Notes: generated from the letters alone by a model not told the origin. DNA of 64,000 nt from Octopus vulgaris (GCA_951406725.2 OX597832.1:35712001-35776000), one strand, 5' to 3'; shown: positions 10,769 through 24,249, counted from the first letter of the stretch. Translations and numbers: made by a program.

Positions 10769-13700
10769 GTTGGTTGATGAAACCCAGCAATCAACCAGTT
10801 AGCCACACACACACACACACACACACACCTGGAAACTGCTCAGATGGCAAAAATAAATTAGTTGTCCTGCAAGTAAATTATATTAAGACATGATGATGAT
10901 GATGATTATGAAGAGGAGGCTGGTGACAACAGTAATAACCAGGACAATGACGATGACACAATGATGACGTGAGTGATGATAAGTTGTAGACCAATCAATT
11001 CCTGTATTTCCATCAGAGGAAATGATTCTTAGGCTCCGTCTGTTCCTCTCCTTAACATATGAAGATGACAGTTCTGTGGAGAGAAATGATCAGAATCCAT
11101 TTCATTGGACAATAACTTCTCAGTCTTTCTTATCCGGATTATAGTCTCTAATTCACTTTGTCATCTTGTATGTTCTGCCATTGATACAGTGCCAGCAATC
11201 AAAAGCCTGTTGGAATACAATCAACTATTCAAATGTTGCCTTTGTTTTCTTTACCCTTTCCTCCTCCTCCTCATCCCCCTCCTCCACCGTTCAATTCACA
11301 TTTCTTCCCACTGATGTCTCTAATACCCTGTTGTCACTTCCTTGACTACTTCTGTCTTTAGCAAATACTAACTATTTATTCACTGTTGGCTCTTTTTCTT
11401 CTTCTCACCCTTTGTATCTCTGCACACACACACCTATAGTTGTGTGAAAACACCACATTTACCATATCAAAAGGAACTTCCAATAACAGAGAATTCCTTC
11501 TCAATAAACAATCAAATTAAGATGGTTAATCACTTTTCTGCAGCTTTCATTTGTCGCTTTGGTCATTCAGCTTCGTATGAGAGAAGATCTGTACACATTC
11601 TTCACCTTTACAGTCAAGGATTCAATTCTAGTTTATTGCCAACACATAACATTGCTTTCCTATTTATTACTTGGAGCTGACCAAAATAAACAAAAAAAAA
11701 ATAAGTAAATAAACCAGAAGAATAATAAAGTGTGGCAAATTGAGTGAAGTTTGTATGAAATGTTATGAGCTGCATGGGTGGTGTTGAGTGTGTGATATGC
11801 TTTTGTAATAAACAATATCGTTGGCATCAGATACTAAATATATGCTATGCTATATGATAAGGTATCAAGTACTGACTATAGGAAAAATTGCATTGGTGAT
11901 ATCAAATGCTGAATATGAAGTGAAAGAGGAGGAGGAAGAAGAAGTGATGAGGAAAGGTCAGTAATTGATTTGAAGATTAGAATTAAAAAAATAAACTTGT
12001 GTATAAATTGTGAATCTGAGGAGAATGACAAAGATTTGCAGAAAGTTTCTTATAACACTTACCAACAAATGTAAAGAATTTAGAATGCTGCATTTGTCAT
12101 AAAGAAAGAATAAAAGAAAACACAATATACTTCTAGACATCTTGAAGAATGTCATGTTGTTCCTGAATCTACTGAGAGATGTTTACAAGAAGAGAAAGAT
12201 AATTACAAAAGGGAAAGAAATGAATATATTGCAAAAGATTCATTGTTCGGGGAAAAGAAAGAAATGAAGCTGCTACATTTCTAATATTGGGTTTACACGG
12301 ATTTGAAAAGAAAATTTTCATTGAATTTCTATCCCTCACTGTGTCACCTTTCTTTGGTAAAAACAGTGGCATAACATAGGTTTTTGCCACACCTTTCCTT
12401 AAATATAAAATATCTTCAACTGCAGCAAACACAGATACATAAAGTGGCTGCTCTGTATGGTTAACCACATGTCCTAAACTGGTTAAACAATAAAACCAGG
12501 TGATTTCTATTCTTCACATTTCACACCTATTTGCTAGGAGTCAATCCACTTAGATACCCTGATTACAATTTATTTCCTTTTACTTGTCTTCCTTTGGAAA
12601 ATACTTGTTCTGCAAATATGTTAAAGAATACAAAAGCATCTTCGCTTCTAATACTCAGTGTCAATAAAGTCTGATGTAAAATATCCCACTTTATTCCATA
12701 CTGAAATCTCACATCATTAGATAACTTCACTCGGCAACATGAGGTTGCCCAGGATGTAATGGGCTGTTTTTTCTGTTTTTGTACAATAACATTTTGGTAA
12801 ATTTTGATATATACACACAAATGCCCATGCAACCCCCAAACACAAACCCCACACACATATGCAAATCAGTGGGATGCATTTTTTTTTAAACAGACAGGAT
12901 GCTTTTGCTTTTCATTAAAGCTACCTACAAAATTGGTCTTGGAAAGGAAGGAGATAGGAAATACTGAGACCCGACCGATAATGTTTGATATCAATAGAAG
13001 ATCTTCAATATAATGTAATGCAAAAATAACAATAACTAACATAAAAAATGAGTTTATCATTGAATAGACAATAATTTGTCTAAGAGTTTATGTCTATGGC
13101 AGTGAGAGAGAGAGAGAGAGAGATGAAGGTGGGATGTATATGTTTAATAAATACAGCAATCTAAGTTGAGGGATGTAAAAATAAACTCAAACTGCATCCA
13201 TTATTTTCTGCTCTTCTAAATTGTTTTTATGAACCAAGTTTGGCAGCAGAAAATAAGATAAGAACATAAATAAAATATCATAGAAAAAGATTTAATAGCT
13301 ATTTTCTTCTCCATCAATAGCTGACATATGCAAATGTAATGACATCTAAAGCATGTTATATATTCAGATTTCTATCCCTCTCTCCACATATATATACATA
13401 TATACACACTTATCCATATTCTTTTGGTTAAACAAAACGATAATATTTTGTTAAGAAGTTCTGCAATTGAGTAATTAAGAGATTGAATGAAGTAGCAGAA
13501 AGATCAGAGTGTAAGACAAAATGGCTTAAGGTTTTTACTCCTGTTCAATACTTTCTGGGTTCAAATCCCAGCAATGCCAACTTTACATTTTATTCTTTGA
13601 AGTATCAGCCCAGGGTGGTGGATAGGTGAAATTGCTTAAACATCAGCTGTTTTGCAGTATTTGCTGCAAACCTTTGATTTCAAAGTGCATTATATATCAC

Positions 13701-13954
13701 CTGTTCTAAAACTACCACCTGGTCATTTATGAAATTCACTCTGATGCAGACTTTTGGACCAGATCTCTACATTGAGAGTTACTTCCTTCTTCCCTCCCTC
13801 CCTCCCTCCCACTGATACCGAAGGCCCTGGAAGATTCAGGGATATTGCCCTTCCCTCCGGGATTGGAAAAAAAAGATGTTTAGCCTTGGTTAACCCTCCA
13901 ACGAATGATAAGAGACATCCCAGTGGTGGCCATCCCACATTTTAGTGACAGTTT

Positions 13955-14295
13955 ATCTAAGACTACATTATCTGCCTCTTTATAAGTGTAAAGTATGATA
14001 TGAGGAAGATTTGATAGCTATTTCAAGCAGATTGAATGATCACATTGAGGTTCACACAACGAGAGTATAGTTGTAATTATAATCACGTGGTTGTTGTTTG
14101 GCCTTTGGTCAACCCTGATGAAGCAGACTTAAGATCAATGACATTCCAGGCATGACCATCGCGTCTTGTTAAAGATATCTGGGACTACATTATTTAATAT
14201 GTCCATTCCATAAGGACATGAAAATACAATTTGAGGAGGATTTAGCTATTATTTCTAGTAGGTCAAACAACCACAGAGAAGCTTCCTCAGATAGT
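13955..14295 (+). mobile_element. Two adjacent copies of an unclassified interspersed repeat (family D)
   Basis: GACTACATTA...TTTGAGGAGGATTTAGCTATTATTTCTAG...CCACAGAGAAGCTTCC occurs twice here and again near 18470-18625, 33800-33965, 46980-47070 and (minus strand) 62650-62830. Confidence 0.6.
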
Positions 14296-14452
14296 TTACA
14301 GAAGTGATGGCACATGGACAGAGACATACCTACAAGTGTCAGGCTCTCACTGTAGTGTAGGGATTTGTTTTTTAAATATAAACAAAATGAGAGAGAGAGG
14401 TAGAAGAGTGGGAGGCAGAAGAAAGGGAGAGCAATGAGAGAGAGAAAGAGAT

Positions 14453-14806
14453 GTGGTCGATGTCAGGTCTGCCTGGCTGGCTCCCATGCTGGTAGCATGT
14501 AAAAAGCACCATCTGAATGTACCGATGCTAGTGGCCCCTGACTGGCTCCCATGTTGGGGGCAAGTAAAATGCACCATCTGAAAGTGATCGATGCCAGGCT
14601 TGCTTGATTGGCTCCTGTGCTGGTGGCAAGTAAAAAGCACCCACTACACTCTCGGAGTGGTTGGCATTAGGAAGGGCATCCAGCTGTAGAAACATTGCCA
14701 GATCAGATTGGAGCCTGGTGCAACCTCCTGGCTTTCCAGACCTCAGTCAAACCGTCCAACCCATGCCAGCATGGAAAACAGACGTTAAACGATGATGATG
14801 ATGATG
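14453..14806 (+). mobile_element. Meta-domain-like SINE with three internal ~60-bp repeats
   Basis: Three GATG..GG...CTGGCTCCCATGCTGGTAGCATGTAAAAAGCACC units, then GGTTGGCATTAGGAAGGGCATCCAGCTGTAGAAAC, then a (GAT)n tail. Confidence 0.85.
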
Positions 14807-15872
14807 ACAACCTAATATTGTCAATTATGAGAACAGCATAATGGTCATAATTTGATTCAAAACAATATTTTAGGATTTGTAATAAAGTTTTACCTACTGA
14901 AGAATTTTATTACCCAATAAAAAAATAGATGAAAACACACCAGAATCCATAATTTGGTCGTCTTTAATTCATTAGAATGGCAGAAATAACTGGAATATAT
15001 TTGAATCTTTTGGCATCATTGGTCAATAATCACGAAACAATGACTTCTGTCAGTAAGGAACTCAGTAAAGAAACAGAAGCTATTGCAATCACTTTATTCA
15101 TATCAAATTAATTTTAGGCTATATTTTTCATTATATTCTTAAATCAGAAAATGAATTTATTTTGCAATTAACCATAATTGATATCCTTGTCATATACAAC
15201 TTACTGTTCAAATTTATAGGGACCCAATGCTAAAGGGTCCAGTGTTTTGAAACAGAATGCAATCAATTCCCATGATTATCTGGTGTGCAGTTAAGAGAAA
15301 TCAAATGTTGAAACTGTAACAGTGACTACCTACAACAATGGGTTAAGGACTGCTCGATGTAGTCCATCCGATCCATCTGACTGGTAGTTTGGTAGAATTT
15401 AGTATTTTACAGTGGTGCATTAATAACAACAGCAGAGTAAACAAAGTAAACAATTTTTTCTTTGAAACAAGAACGAAGAGGGAAAAGTCAATAAAGGAGA
15501 GAAATACAGCCAGAAACGTATCCACAGTAAATCAGTTTGGAACGAAGAGAATTATTTTGGAAATGTTTCAATGTTTAATAAAAAAGAAGAATGAGATGGA
15601 AAATGTTTATAAAAAATAGTCTTCAATAACTAAAACTGAAAACAAATATAAAGCACTCTACTCCATCATCATTATCAACTTCATCATCATCAGCAGCAAC
15701 AGCAGCACAGATTCTTTCATTCTCATCTCCATTAAATATTTCCATTTATTATTGATTAAAAGATGAATAAAGCTGAATGAATTAAAAAAAAAAACCCAAA
15801 AAAACTAGGTATTATTATTTTTCATTCTTAAAAGCATCAACCAGTTATCCTCCTCATCATCATCATAATATT

Positions 15873-16086
15873 AATCTTTTCTACTACGGGCACAAAGCCT
15901 GAAATTATTGTGGGAGGGGCCCAGTCAATTACATTGACCCCAGTGCACAACTGGTACTTATTTCATTGACCCCTGAAAGGATGAAAGGCAAAGTCAACCT
16001 TAGCAGAATTTAAACTCAGAACATAAAAACAGATGAAATGCCTCGAAAGCATTTCATCCTGCTAATGATCATGCCTGCTCATCATT
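15873..16086 (-). mobile_element. tRNA-derived SINE with Nin/Deu-like domain (family B)
   Basis: Minus strand reads TTCTGAGTTTAAATTCTGCTAAGGTTGACTTTGCCTTTCATCCTTTCAGGGGTCAATGAAATAAGTACCAG. Confidence 0.8.
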
Positions 16087-16094
16087 TCTTAAAC

Positions 16095-16125
<31 letters not shown>

Positions 16126-16741
16126 TTAACAACCACCACAAATTATAATTATTGCTGCTGTTCTTGTTCATGTTGTTATTTCCTCATTAACCAATACATC
16201 TGTTTTGGTTTGAAATCCAAGCTGGAACAATTTAACTCCGAGTGTTAAATGTCTTCATAGAAGGGAGAAATATTTCAATGTCCTGTTTCCTTATTTTTAT
16301 ATAAAGTTCTATAACATCATAAGTCACTATCCCCCATCATACACCAGTGATGCAACTAAACTGGCAAGATCTTCCTCTCTCTCTCTCCCAAGTCCATTCT
16401 ATTTCCTTATTCTCCCCTCTAAAGAAGTGATTGCCTCACATTTAAAACACAACCAGTAAGTTTTGCACCAGATACACAAACGTACAACATTACTTAAAAT
16501 ATATTTTGCACTGACATACAATGACTGCTCTGATGTATTTCATCTCAGACATACAACATCACAACACTAAACTGACTTGCAACATCACACTGACATCACA
16601 CACCATAATGTGTGAATTTCCACAGTAACGTAGCACTCACCTAACACACACATATACAAGCATGCACCACACTCAACCTATTCTTGGTCTGAATCAACGA
16701 GGATACTACTACTTGGTCTCTAAACCTGCTAGAAGTAGCAG

Positions 16742-17865
16742 CTAAATCACCATCAAATCATACCATGAAGCATTCCTGGAACTCCTTTTTAGGGGACAGG
16801 GAGCACTTGCCTTGTTGCATTCTTTTGTATCTCTTTGACATCTTGAAATCTTGTTCCTTTCAAGTGGGATTTGATTTTTAGAAAGAGGTAAAAGTGACAA
16901 GGGATGAGATCTGGGGAATGTTGTGCTTGGCCAAAAACTGCTGTGCAAACTGTGTTGAATGGGGCAGGTGCAATGTTAATGTGGAGTTGCACTCACCGGA
17001 TTCATGCAGTTTGTCCTTTTCTGGCGAATATCATCCCTCAAACACTGAAACATGTCATGGTAGTACTTCTTGACCAGTAAGTGGAACATACTCATGAGGA
17101 ACAATGCCCTTGTAGTCAAAGAAAATGGTCAACAGTGTCTTCACATTGCTTCAACTCATTCATACTTTCTTCAGTCTCAGTGGGATTGAAGTCTTCCCCT
17201 GTGAAGAACGAGCCTTGGTTTCATGATCAAAGCCATAGACCCACAGTTCGTCATCTGCTATGACCATTTTCAAAGAGTTTTGTCTTCCTCACCACAATCA
17301 AGGAGATCCTGGGCAGCAGAAATCCGATCTTCTTTTTGATCAAGTGAAAGCAGTCTCATACCAACATCATCTGTGAGAATGAACTGTAACTAATGTTCAC
17401 ATCCTCTGACAACTCATACACAGTGATTTGCCAGTCTTTCTGAATAGCTGCATGTACATCTGCAATGTTTGCATCACGGTTCTGTCTCTCAGAATGTGCA
17501 TCACTGTTGACAGTTTCAGCCATCTTGGAAACGTTTGAACCACTCGTACACACCTCTATTTACACTTTTTGCAACTTTGCAGAGGTTCTGTGCAGTTATC
17601 ACCAAGCTTTTGGCAAAATCTAATGTAGATACTCTGCTCAGTTTTCTCTGCCATGGTCACCAATGGAACCCCTGTGGTGTGGTGAGACAACCACACTCTA
17701 CACACACTTTACTTCCAAGCACTGCTATAAACAATGGAAGTGAGCGACAATGTTAAAACTTAGTAAGCCTGCATGACAGAGTTCAAAATCAATCTGTGGC
17801 TTCCCTTTCAATGCTTTAACTTCGTTACCATAGCAACAGTCCTGATGCTTTTTGAATAGAACTTG
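16742..17865 (-). mobile_element. Decayed mariner (irritans-like), 3' TIR lost
   Basis: Minus-strand terminus TA-CAAGTTCTATTCAAAAAGCATCAGGAC (TA at 17866-17867). The transposase starts MAEKTEQSIYIRFCQKLG at 17654 and later gives HSPDLIPCHFYLFLKIKSHLKGTRFQDVKEIQKNATRQ (YSPDLAPxDF-like). Many frameshifts. Confidence 0.85.
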
Positions 17866-18695
17866 TATGAATACATGGAGATAAACAGCAACTACTTCCA
17901 CTGACTCTAATCTATCAGTGTGTTGTACACAATATCTATGTAACCATGTTCTACAGCTATATTTTATATCTTACACCAATACCTAGAACCCAGTTAGGGG
18001 TAGATGTCTATTAAACATGGTACCATTCACCAAGTTCAGTTACCTGGGGCAATGGTAGCAGTACCTCCACCCCAACAAGTACTATTACTGCTATACACAC
18101 ACTACATCATTAAATGTGTATAGAGTAGCCAACCACTGAATGCCAAAGACTCACTCCCAAACACAATCCTTCAGATACACCCACCCAACACGCCTCCTCC
18201 TCTCATCCCTAATTTGTCTCAACTTACAAATCATATTAACCTCACCTTGTTTCCCCAGATCTACAAGCTTTTTCTTCTGAATGGTAGATTTAATCTTCCA
18301 CTCAGATTAACTCCATAATCTCACTCAGCTTTCTTCCCTGTCTCACACCAGATTCAAATAATACATCTATACAGTTGCTTGTTATTAAAGTATCTGACAA
18401 TACTGTTCTTCATAAAATATGTCACCTTTTTCGACTAAAGACTAGCTGGTCCAGTAATGTACCAAACATCTGATTGAGCATCAATAGACAAACACACACA
18501 CATGTATGTATAGAGTACAGAAAGCAGGCATTCCAGACCTTATTTTTTTAGTAGGGTGTAAGTTGATGGTAATTAACTGCTATTTCTAGCACACTGCACG
18601 ACCAGGTAGTGGCATCCTCATTGACATTAGTCAATAACAGGTTGAGTGCATGTATGTATGTATCTGGAGAATGCTAAATTAGTGGAATCTATCAT

Positions 18696-18697
<2 letters not shown>

Positions 18698-18736
<39 letters not shown>

Positions 18737-18973
18737 TGTATGTATGCGTGTGTATATACATACATATACATATATATATATATATATATACATACATATA
18801 TATATATATGCATGTATGTATGCGTGTGTATATACATACATATATATATATATACATACATATATATATATATATACATACATACATATATATATACATA
18901 CATACATATATATATACATACATACATATATATATACATACATACATATATATATACATACATACATATATAT

Positions 18974-19008
<35 letters not shown>

Positions 19009-19010
19009 CA
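18698..19010. repeat. Compound (TA)n/(TACA)n microsatellite
   Basis: Direct; source of the six overlapping YI-repeat ORFs. Confidence 0.95.
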
Positions 19011-19498
19011 TTGTTGTATTTGGGGATGGTCATGTTGCCAGTTTAGCCAATAAGACACATGCACTATATATTTGGTGTTAATTTGCTTCGGCATTATCTT
19101 ATTTTTACGTTAATCATATTTCGGCCAGAGTTCTTTCATCACTCTTCTGTGACCTCATCAGTGGTCCTTTGCTTTCTTCTTTCTTATTTGTGTGTCTTTC
19201 CTTACTAAAGATCAGCCATTTTGTATTTTGTATTCCTATTGTATGTGTCTTTATTTGCGCATGTGTATACCCTTATGTGTGTCTATATTTAGTAAGTGCG
19301 AGTGTGTGTGTGGGGAAGAGTGCCTATATTATCTGGTCTACGATTAATTCTTTATTTTTGTATATTTTCATCTGTCTTACCCGCTTGTGTTCTGGTGTTT
19401 GCTGAATTTCTCTTGAGAACATTCTTTTCTTTGTAGTTAGATCGTAGGTGATCTTCTAGCATATTGGATGTCCACTTAGTGGCCATCCCTTATTATAC
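19011..19498 (-). mobile_element. Probable Penelope-like element (pseudo-LTR) fragment between (TA)n tracts
   Basis: Contains a hammerhead-like core on the minus strand and is bounded by TA microsatellites. No ORF. Confidence 0.45.
19112..19166 (-). ncRNA. Degenerate type I hammerhead motif
   Basis: Minus strand: GACCA-CTGATGA-GGTCA..GAGT..ACTC-TGGCC-GAAATATG. Stem II GGTCA/TGGCC; the stem I partner is eroded. Confidence 0.5.
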
Positions 19499-19500
19499 GC

Positions 19501-19541
<41 letters not shown>

Positions 19542-19561
19542 CATACATATATATATAATGC

Positions 19562-19594
<33 letters not shown>

Positions 19595-19641
19595 TATACA
19601 TCTATATAAATATAATGTATGTATATATATATATATATATG

Positions 19642-19784
19642 TATAGAAATGCAATAAGAGGCTTCCAAATAGGGAAGCGTTGTGCTAGAACACAAAAACC
19701 CTAACCCTAACACAAAAACCCTAACCCTTTTTGTGTTCTAGCACAATGCTTCCCTATTTGGAAGCCTCTTATTGTATTTCTATA
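19642..19784. repeat. 57-bp inverted repeat with a CCCTAA-containing loop
   Basis: Arms 19642-19698 and 19728-19784 differ at 2 positions. Loop is CCCTAACCCTAACACAAAAACCCTAACCC. Confidence 0.9.
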
Positions 19785-21781
19785 TGAATAATATATAGTC
19801 TAATGACTAATTCGTTTTTTTTGCTAGGTCACTGGTAATAATAATTTATTATTACCCTATTTTATTAGGTCTATATATATATGTATATATATATACACAC
19901 ACACATATATATACACACATATACATATGTATATATATACACACACACATATATATACACACATATACATACATATACATATATATATATAAAGTGTGTA
20001 TGCCTTCTGGAGGTGTAATGTTGTATAGCAAAGTAATATTCTTGTGTACCAGTGTAATATCAAGCAAGATTTCTTTTATTAATTTTCTTCTTGCTTTCTT
20101 CTTATTTTACTTTACCTTTCTGTACGTGTGAAGATGACTTCAAGTTTTGTATGGTTAAAATGTTTCCTATACCCACATCTGATAATTGATTAGATTTCAA
20201 TTTAGATTGACTGAAAATAATATGAAAGGTGCAAAGAGAGTAATTTAATCTCTCACCTTGATGCCTATAAGACTATTGTTATATAGGATAGAAAAAAAAC
20301 AAACCAAAAACTGACAGACAGGTATTTTAAAATGAAGAATAGTGAAGAAAGAAAAATTTATCAAGAAACCTGAGAATTGGGGATCTTCTGAATTTGGGAA
20401 ATGGTTGTAATTGGAGAGTTTAATCAATACAAAGTGTAATTGAGACACCAAGAGGAAATCAGTTTGCAAGGAAGAAAGTGCCGGGGGGGGGCTCACAAGG
20501 TAGAAATCTACTGTCGCCCTTCTCTGATATATTTTACAACAACTTTTGAGTTCTAATGCATTTTGCGATTAAATTACGACTTGAGGAATATTAAAATCAG
20601 GCCAAGGTAAAAAGACATTTCAGTATTTTGAATAAAAGTTGAAAATATTTCAGCAAGCTTTCAATATCAGTTTATCATTTGAAAGAAACTGTTGCTTATA
20701 AGAATGGCAACTGAAATATGTCAGTCTAATGTTTTCTTGAATGGAATTTAAGTTTCAGATAAAAAAAAAACCAAAGCCCAACAGATTTCAGAACTTCAGA
20801 CTCTGTTAGGACAAAGAGAGGAGGGCTTCATGAGATATTGCAGAACATGTTACAATAAGCATATTATGTATACTTATAACTGTATATATAGGTGTGTGTA
20901 TGTCTATTTATGCATATATCTATGCATATGCATGTTTGTGTGTGTGTAGGTGTGAGTGTGTGTGTGTGTGTGTGTGTATAAATTTATGCATGTCTTTCAG
21001 TGTGTATCTAAGTCTTCAAAAGTGAGGAAACTATAAAAATGATGACAATTTTTTAATTCCTTGTCTCAGGCATGAATGATACCCTGACCACTACAACAAG
21101 CCCACCATCAGTTTGAAGTTGTAAGAAATGGGAATCTCAGCTTCTTCTAGACTTGGATTATAGTAAGAGAATGCTTCTCAGATGACCAAGCTGACCTTCT
21201 TGTACCATACTTCCTGGATCGTGGCAAGGTGAGTTGAAATAATTGGGGATATCCTAGAGATGTGATGTGATGACTAGAATAATCTATATTCTTTACCATG
21301 CTCTGAAGTACCCCTTGCACGGTACTGTTGTTGGATAGATTTATGACTGAGATACAGTGAGGTGCTGTAATGTGTCTCGGTTACAGATGTATGACTGGGA
21401 TATAGTGGAATGTAGTAACAGTGTCTAGGTCACAGTTATACAACAGAGATACAATGGGGTGGGGGTTGGGTTGTATCACTGCTTGTGTCACAGATATATG
21501 ACTGAGATATGGTAAGATGCCAAAATGGAAAACAGACTTGGATACTAATACAGGGAAATGAAATAAGAGAATTTCACAGTAAATGTTGTTTAAATAGTAA
21601 AAGTGATTCTTCCATGATGCAATAATCACTCCCTCAACACAATGTATGTATATGCATGTAAATATATCTGTCTGTTTGTGTGTTTATGTGTGTAATGATG
21701 TGTGTGTGTGTGTGTGTGTGATAATTTACTCATTTGTTTGTTTGTTTTTACATACATTTTTCCATTGATTAGATGAATATA

Positions 21782-23062
21782 TTAGGTCATCAAGTATAAA
21801 ATTCATAGTAAGGTTTATGCTAATCTTTTTCTGCCGCTCATTTTGCACCATTATTATATTTTGACAACCTTTATTTTTTGTTAGAAAGCTGACACATCTA
21901 TTTCTTTATTCTAACTCATTTTGCACTTTATAAAGTATTTATAAATCATTTTTCTTTTTTTTTGCTATTTTTGTTTAAAGGTGGATAAGTTGGAAGTTCA
22001 TACAGTTTTGAAATATGAGTTCTTTCTTGGAAATACAGCATCACACATAGCTCGGAATATTAATGGAGTATTTCATTATTTTATTATTACACAGCAGACA
22101 GTATCAAATTGGTTTGCAAAATTTTGTTCTGGTAACTTCGACCTCACAAATGAGCAATGCAGTCGACATGAAACAAAGACGGATATTGATGAAATGAAAG
22201 CCACTGTTGAGTCAGATCCATCTCAAAACGCCCATGAATTATCGTTGTTGTTTGGTGTTAGTAAGCAAACAATATTGACTCACCTTGTTCAAATCGGTAA
22301 AGTGAAAAAGTTGGATAAGTTGGTTCCAAATGAACTCAATGAAAATCAGAAACAGCAACGTTTGGAAGCCTGCATTATTCTAATTTCCTGACACAAAAAT
22401 GAATTATTTTTTAATCGAATTGTGATGAGAAATAGATCCAATACAACAACTTTAAATGTTTAACACAATGGTTGGACAAAGACAACCCCCCAAAACACAA
22501 TCCAAAAAGCAAAATTCATCAAAAGAAGCTGATGGTGTGTGTTTGGTGGTCTGGCGCAGGTGTGATCCATTATGATTTCATTAAACCTGGCTCATCAATC
22601 ATGGCCAAAGTATACTGCAATCACTGGACCAAATGATGCAGAAACTTACAAAATAACCCAAAAACCTAGATTGGTCAACAGATCCACTCCTATTTTACTG
22701 CAAGACAATGTCAGACATTGCAAAAATGACATTGGCAAATCTACAGGGGTTGGAAGTTCTCCATCATCCACCATACTCACCTGATCTTGCCCCCACTGAC
22801 TACCACTTCTTCCAGAATTTGGGTGACTCTTTGATAGGAAAAAAATTTAACTCCAACGATGCGGTAAAGCAGGCCTTCCAAGATTTTATTGACCCTAGAT
22901 TGCCAAGCTTTTACAGTTCTGGGCTGGACAAGCTACCGTTGAAATGGCAAAAGTGTGTTGATAATATGGGTGCATACTTTGATGAATAAAACTATTCCTT
23001 GTATTTATAACATATTAGCAAATTTTTTTTCTTTTCTACAAATTTCATACTTGACGACCTAA
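21782..23062 (+). mobile_element. Full-length (1281 bp) mariner transposon, cecropia/Hsmar1-like, inactive
   Basis: TIRs TTAGGTCATCAAGTATAAAATT / AATTTCATACTTGACGACCTAA, flanked by TA at 21780-21781 and 23063-23064. Confidence 0.93.
21981..22989 (+). pseudogene. Mariner DD34D transposase pseudogene
   Basis: HTH region (KYEFFLGNTASHIARNINGVF...WFAKFCSGNFDL), LVPNEL (WVPHEL-like), LLQDN, HPPYSPDLAPTDYHFF and terminal YFDE. Stop at 22389 and several frameshifts. Confidence 0.92.
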
Positions 23063-23201
23063 TACTACTGAGGCATTATTTTATAGCTAGATGCTGTTTT
23101 TATTACTGATTGTTACATTTTTGAAGTAAAGGATCTCATTATAAGTACTGTTAACATAGATAGTGTATATAAAAACTGACCATATAGAGAGTATATATAT
23201 A

Positions 23202-23249
<48 letters not shown>

Positions 23250-23725
23250 TAAACAAATTGTTTACATCTGTTTATTACATCTTAAAGTGCTGGCTAAAAT
23301 CTATAGTTATATTTTGTGGCATGGCATTGGAAGAAAACATTTAATGCAGCACAAATTTATTAATCAAGATAATAATCCATGTTGAAACTGGAGGGCAAGT
23401 TAGATGAGACTTCCGAGAAGGGGACAGAAGGATTTTAATGGGAAATGATTAAGAACAAAAATAATATTTATTGATATTCAAATTAAGATTCATTAAAAAT
23501 GTTGTTTTCAATTATAAATGCTAATGTTTTAGTTTTTAAATATTAGCTGGAAGATTTTTCTTTCGAGATTTTAATTGCTTTTGGATAAAAAAGACAAAAA
23601 TCTGTTTTAGAATTAATAAAATATTCTATATTTGGATAATTGTGTTAATTTAAATAGTAATAAAAGTATGATTATTAACTATACAGACAACTGCTAAGGT
23701 GGTCGGACGTTTTATGGAATATTAT

Positions 23726-23772
23726 AAATGAACAACAATTATTTAGACTTTGAGAAATCTTCTTCAGCATTT
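23726..23772 (-). ncRNA. Degenerate type I hammerhead motif in an AT-rich Penelope-like relic
   Basis: Minus strand: AAATG-CTGAAGA-A-GATTT-CTCA-AAGTC-TAAA-TAA-TTG-TTG-T-T-CATTT. Stems I, II and III can all be drawn, but the core GAAA reads TAAA. Confidence 0.5.
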
Positions 23773-24249
23773 CATGTTATTAATTTCTCTAATTCCACCA
23801 GATTATTCAATGTCAGGGAATATTTTTCCTGTTTAAACTCTTCAAATGACAAAGAAATTTAAAATAAATTTATATGAGAAATAATTTGTACAAAGCTTTT
23901 GATATTAAATGAAGCACGAGAATATTTCTTTTAATGACTTAAAGGAATTACCAAATTATAGGAATTTTACATTTGTCAACAACATTGGTGAGAGCCAGAA
24001 CATCCAGCTGTAAGAACTGTAAAAGATTATGAGAGGGGGTTGGCTGGGAAGTGTTAAGTGTGTCTTAATGACAACAGATGCCTGGCTAAATACAGCTCTG
24101 GCAGAATGGTTAAATCGTTAAATGTTCTCTATTAGAACGCCCTAGCATGAGTTTTATATTTCGACCTTTGTCTTCTTCTTGTATCCCTCCCTCTTTATAC
24201 ATTTTTCTTATTCTCCTACCTAAATCTCATCGAACACTCAAATCCAATC

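Noticed and set aside
18627-20067. Many overlapping Y/I/C/V/H-rich ORFs
   Set aside because: Translations of TA/CA microsatellites; open in several frames only because the repeats lack stops.
21981-22989. SETMAR-like domesticated gene
   Set aside because: No SET domain; the transposase is disrupted and still flanked by TIRs.
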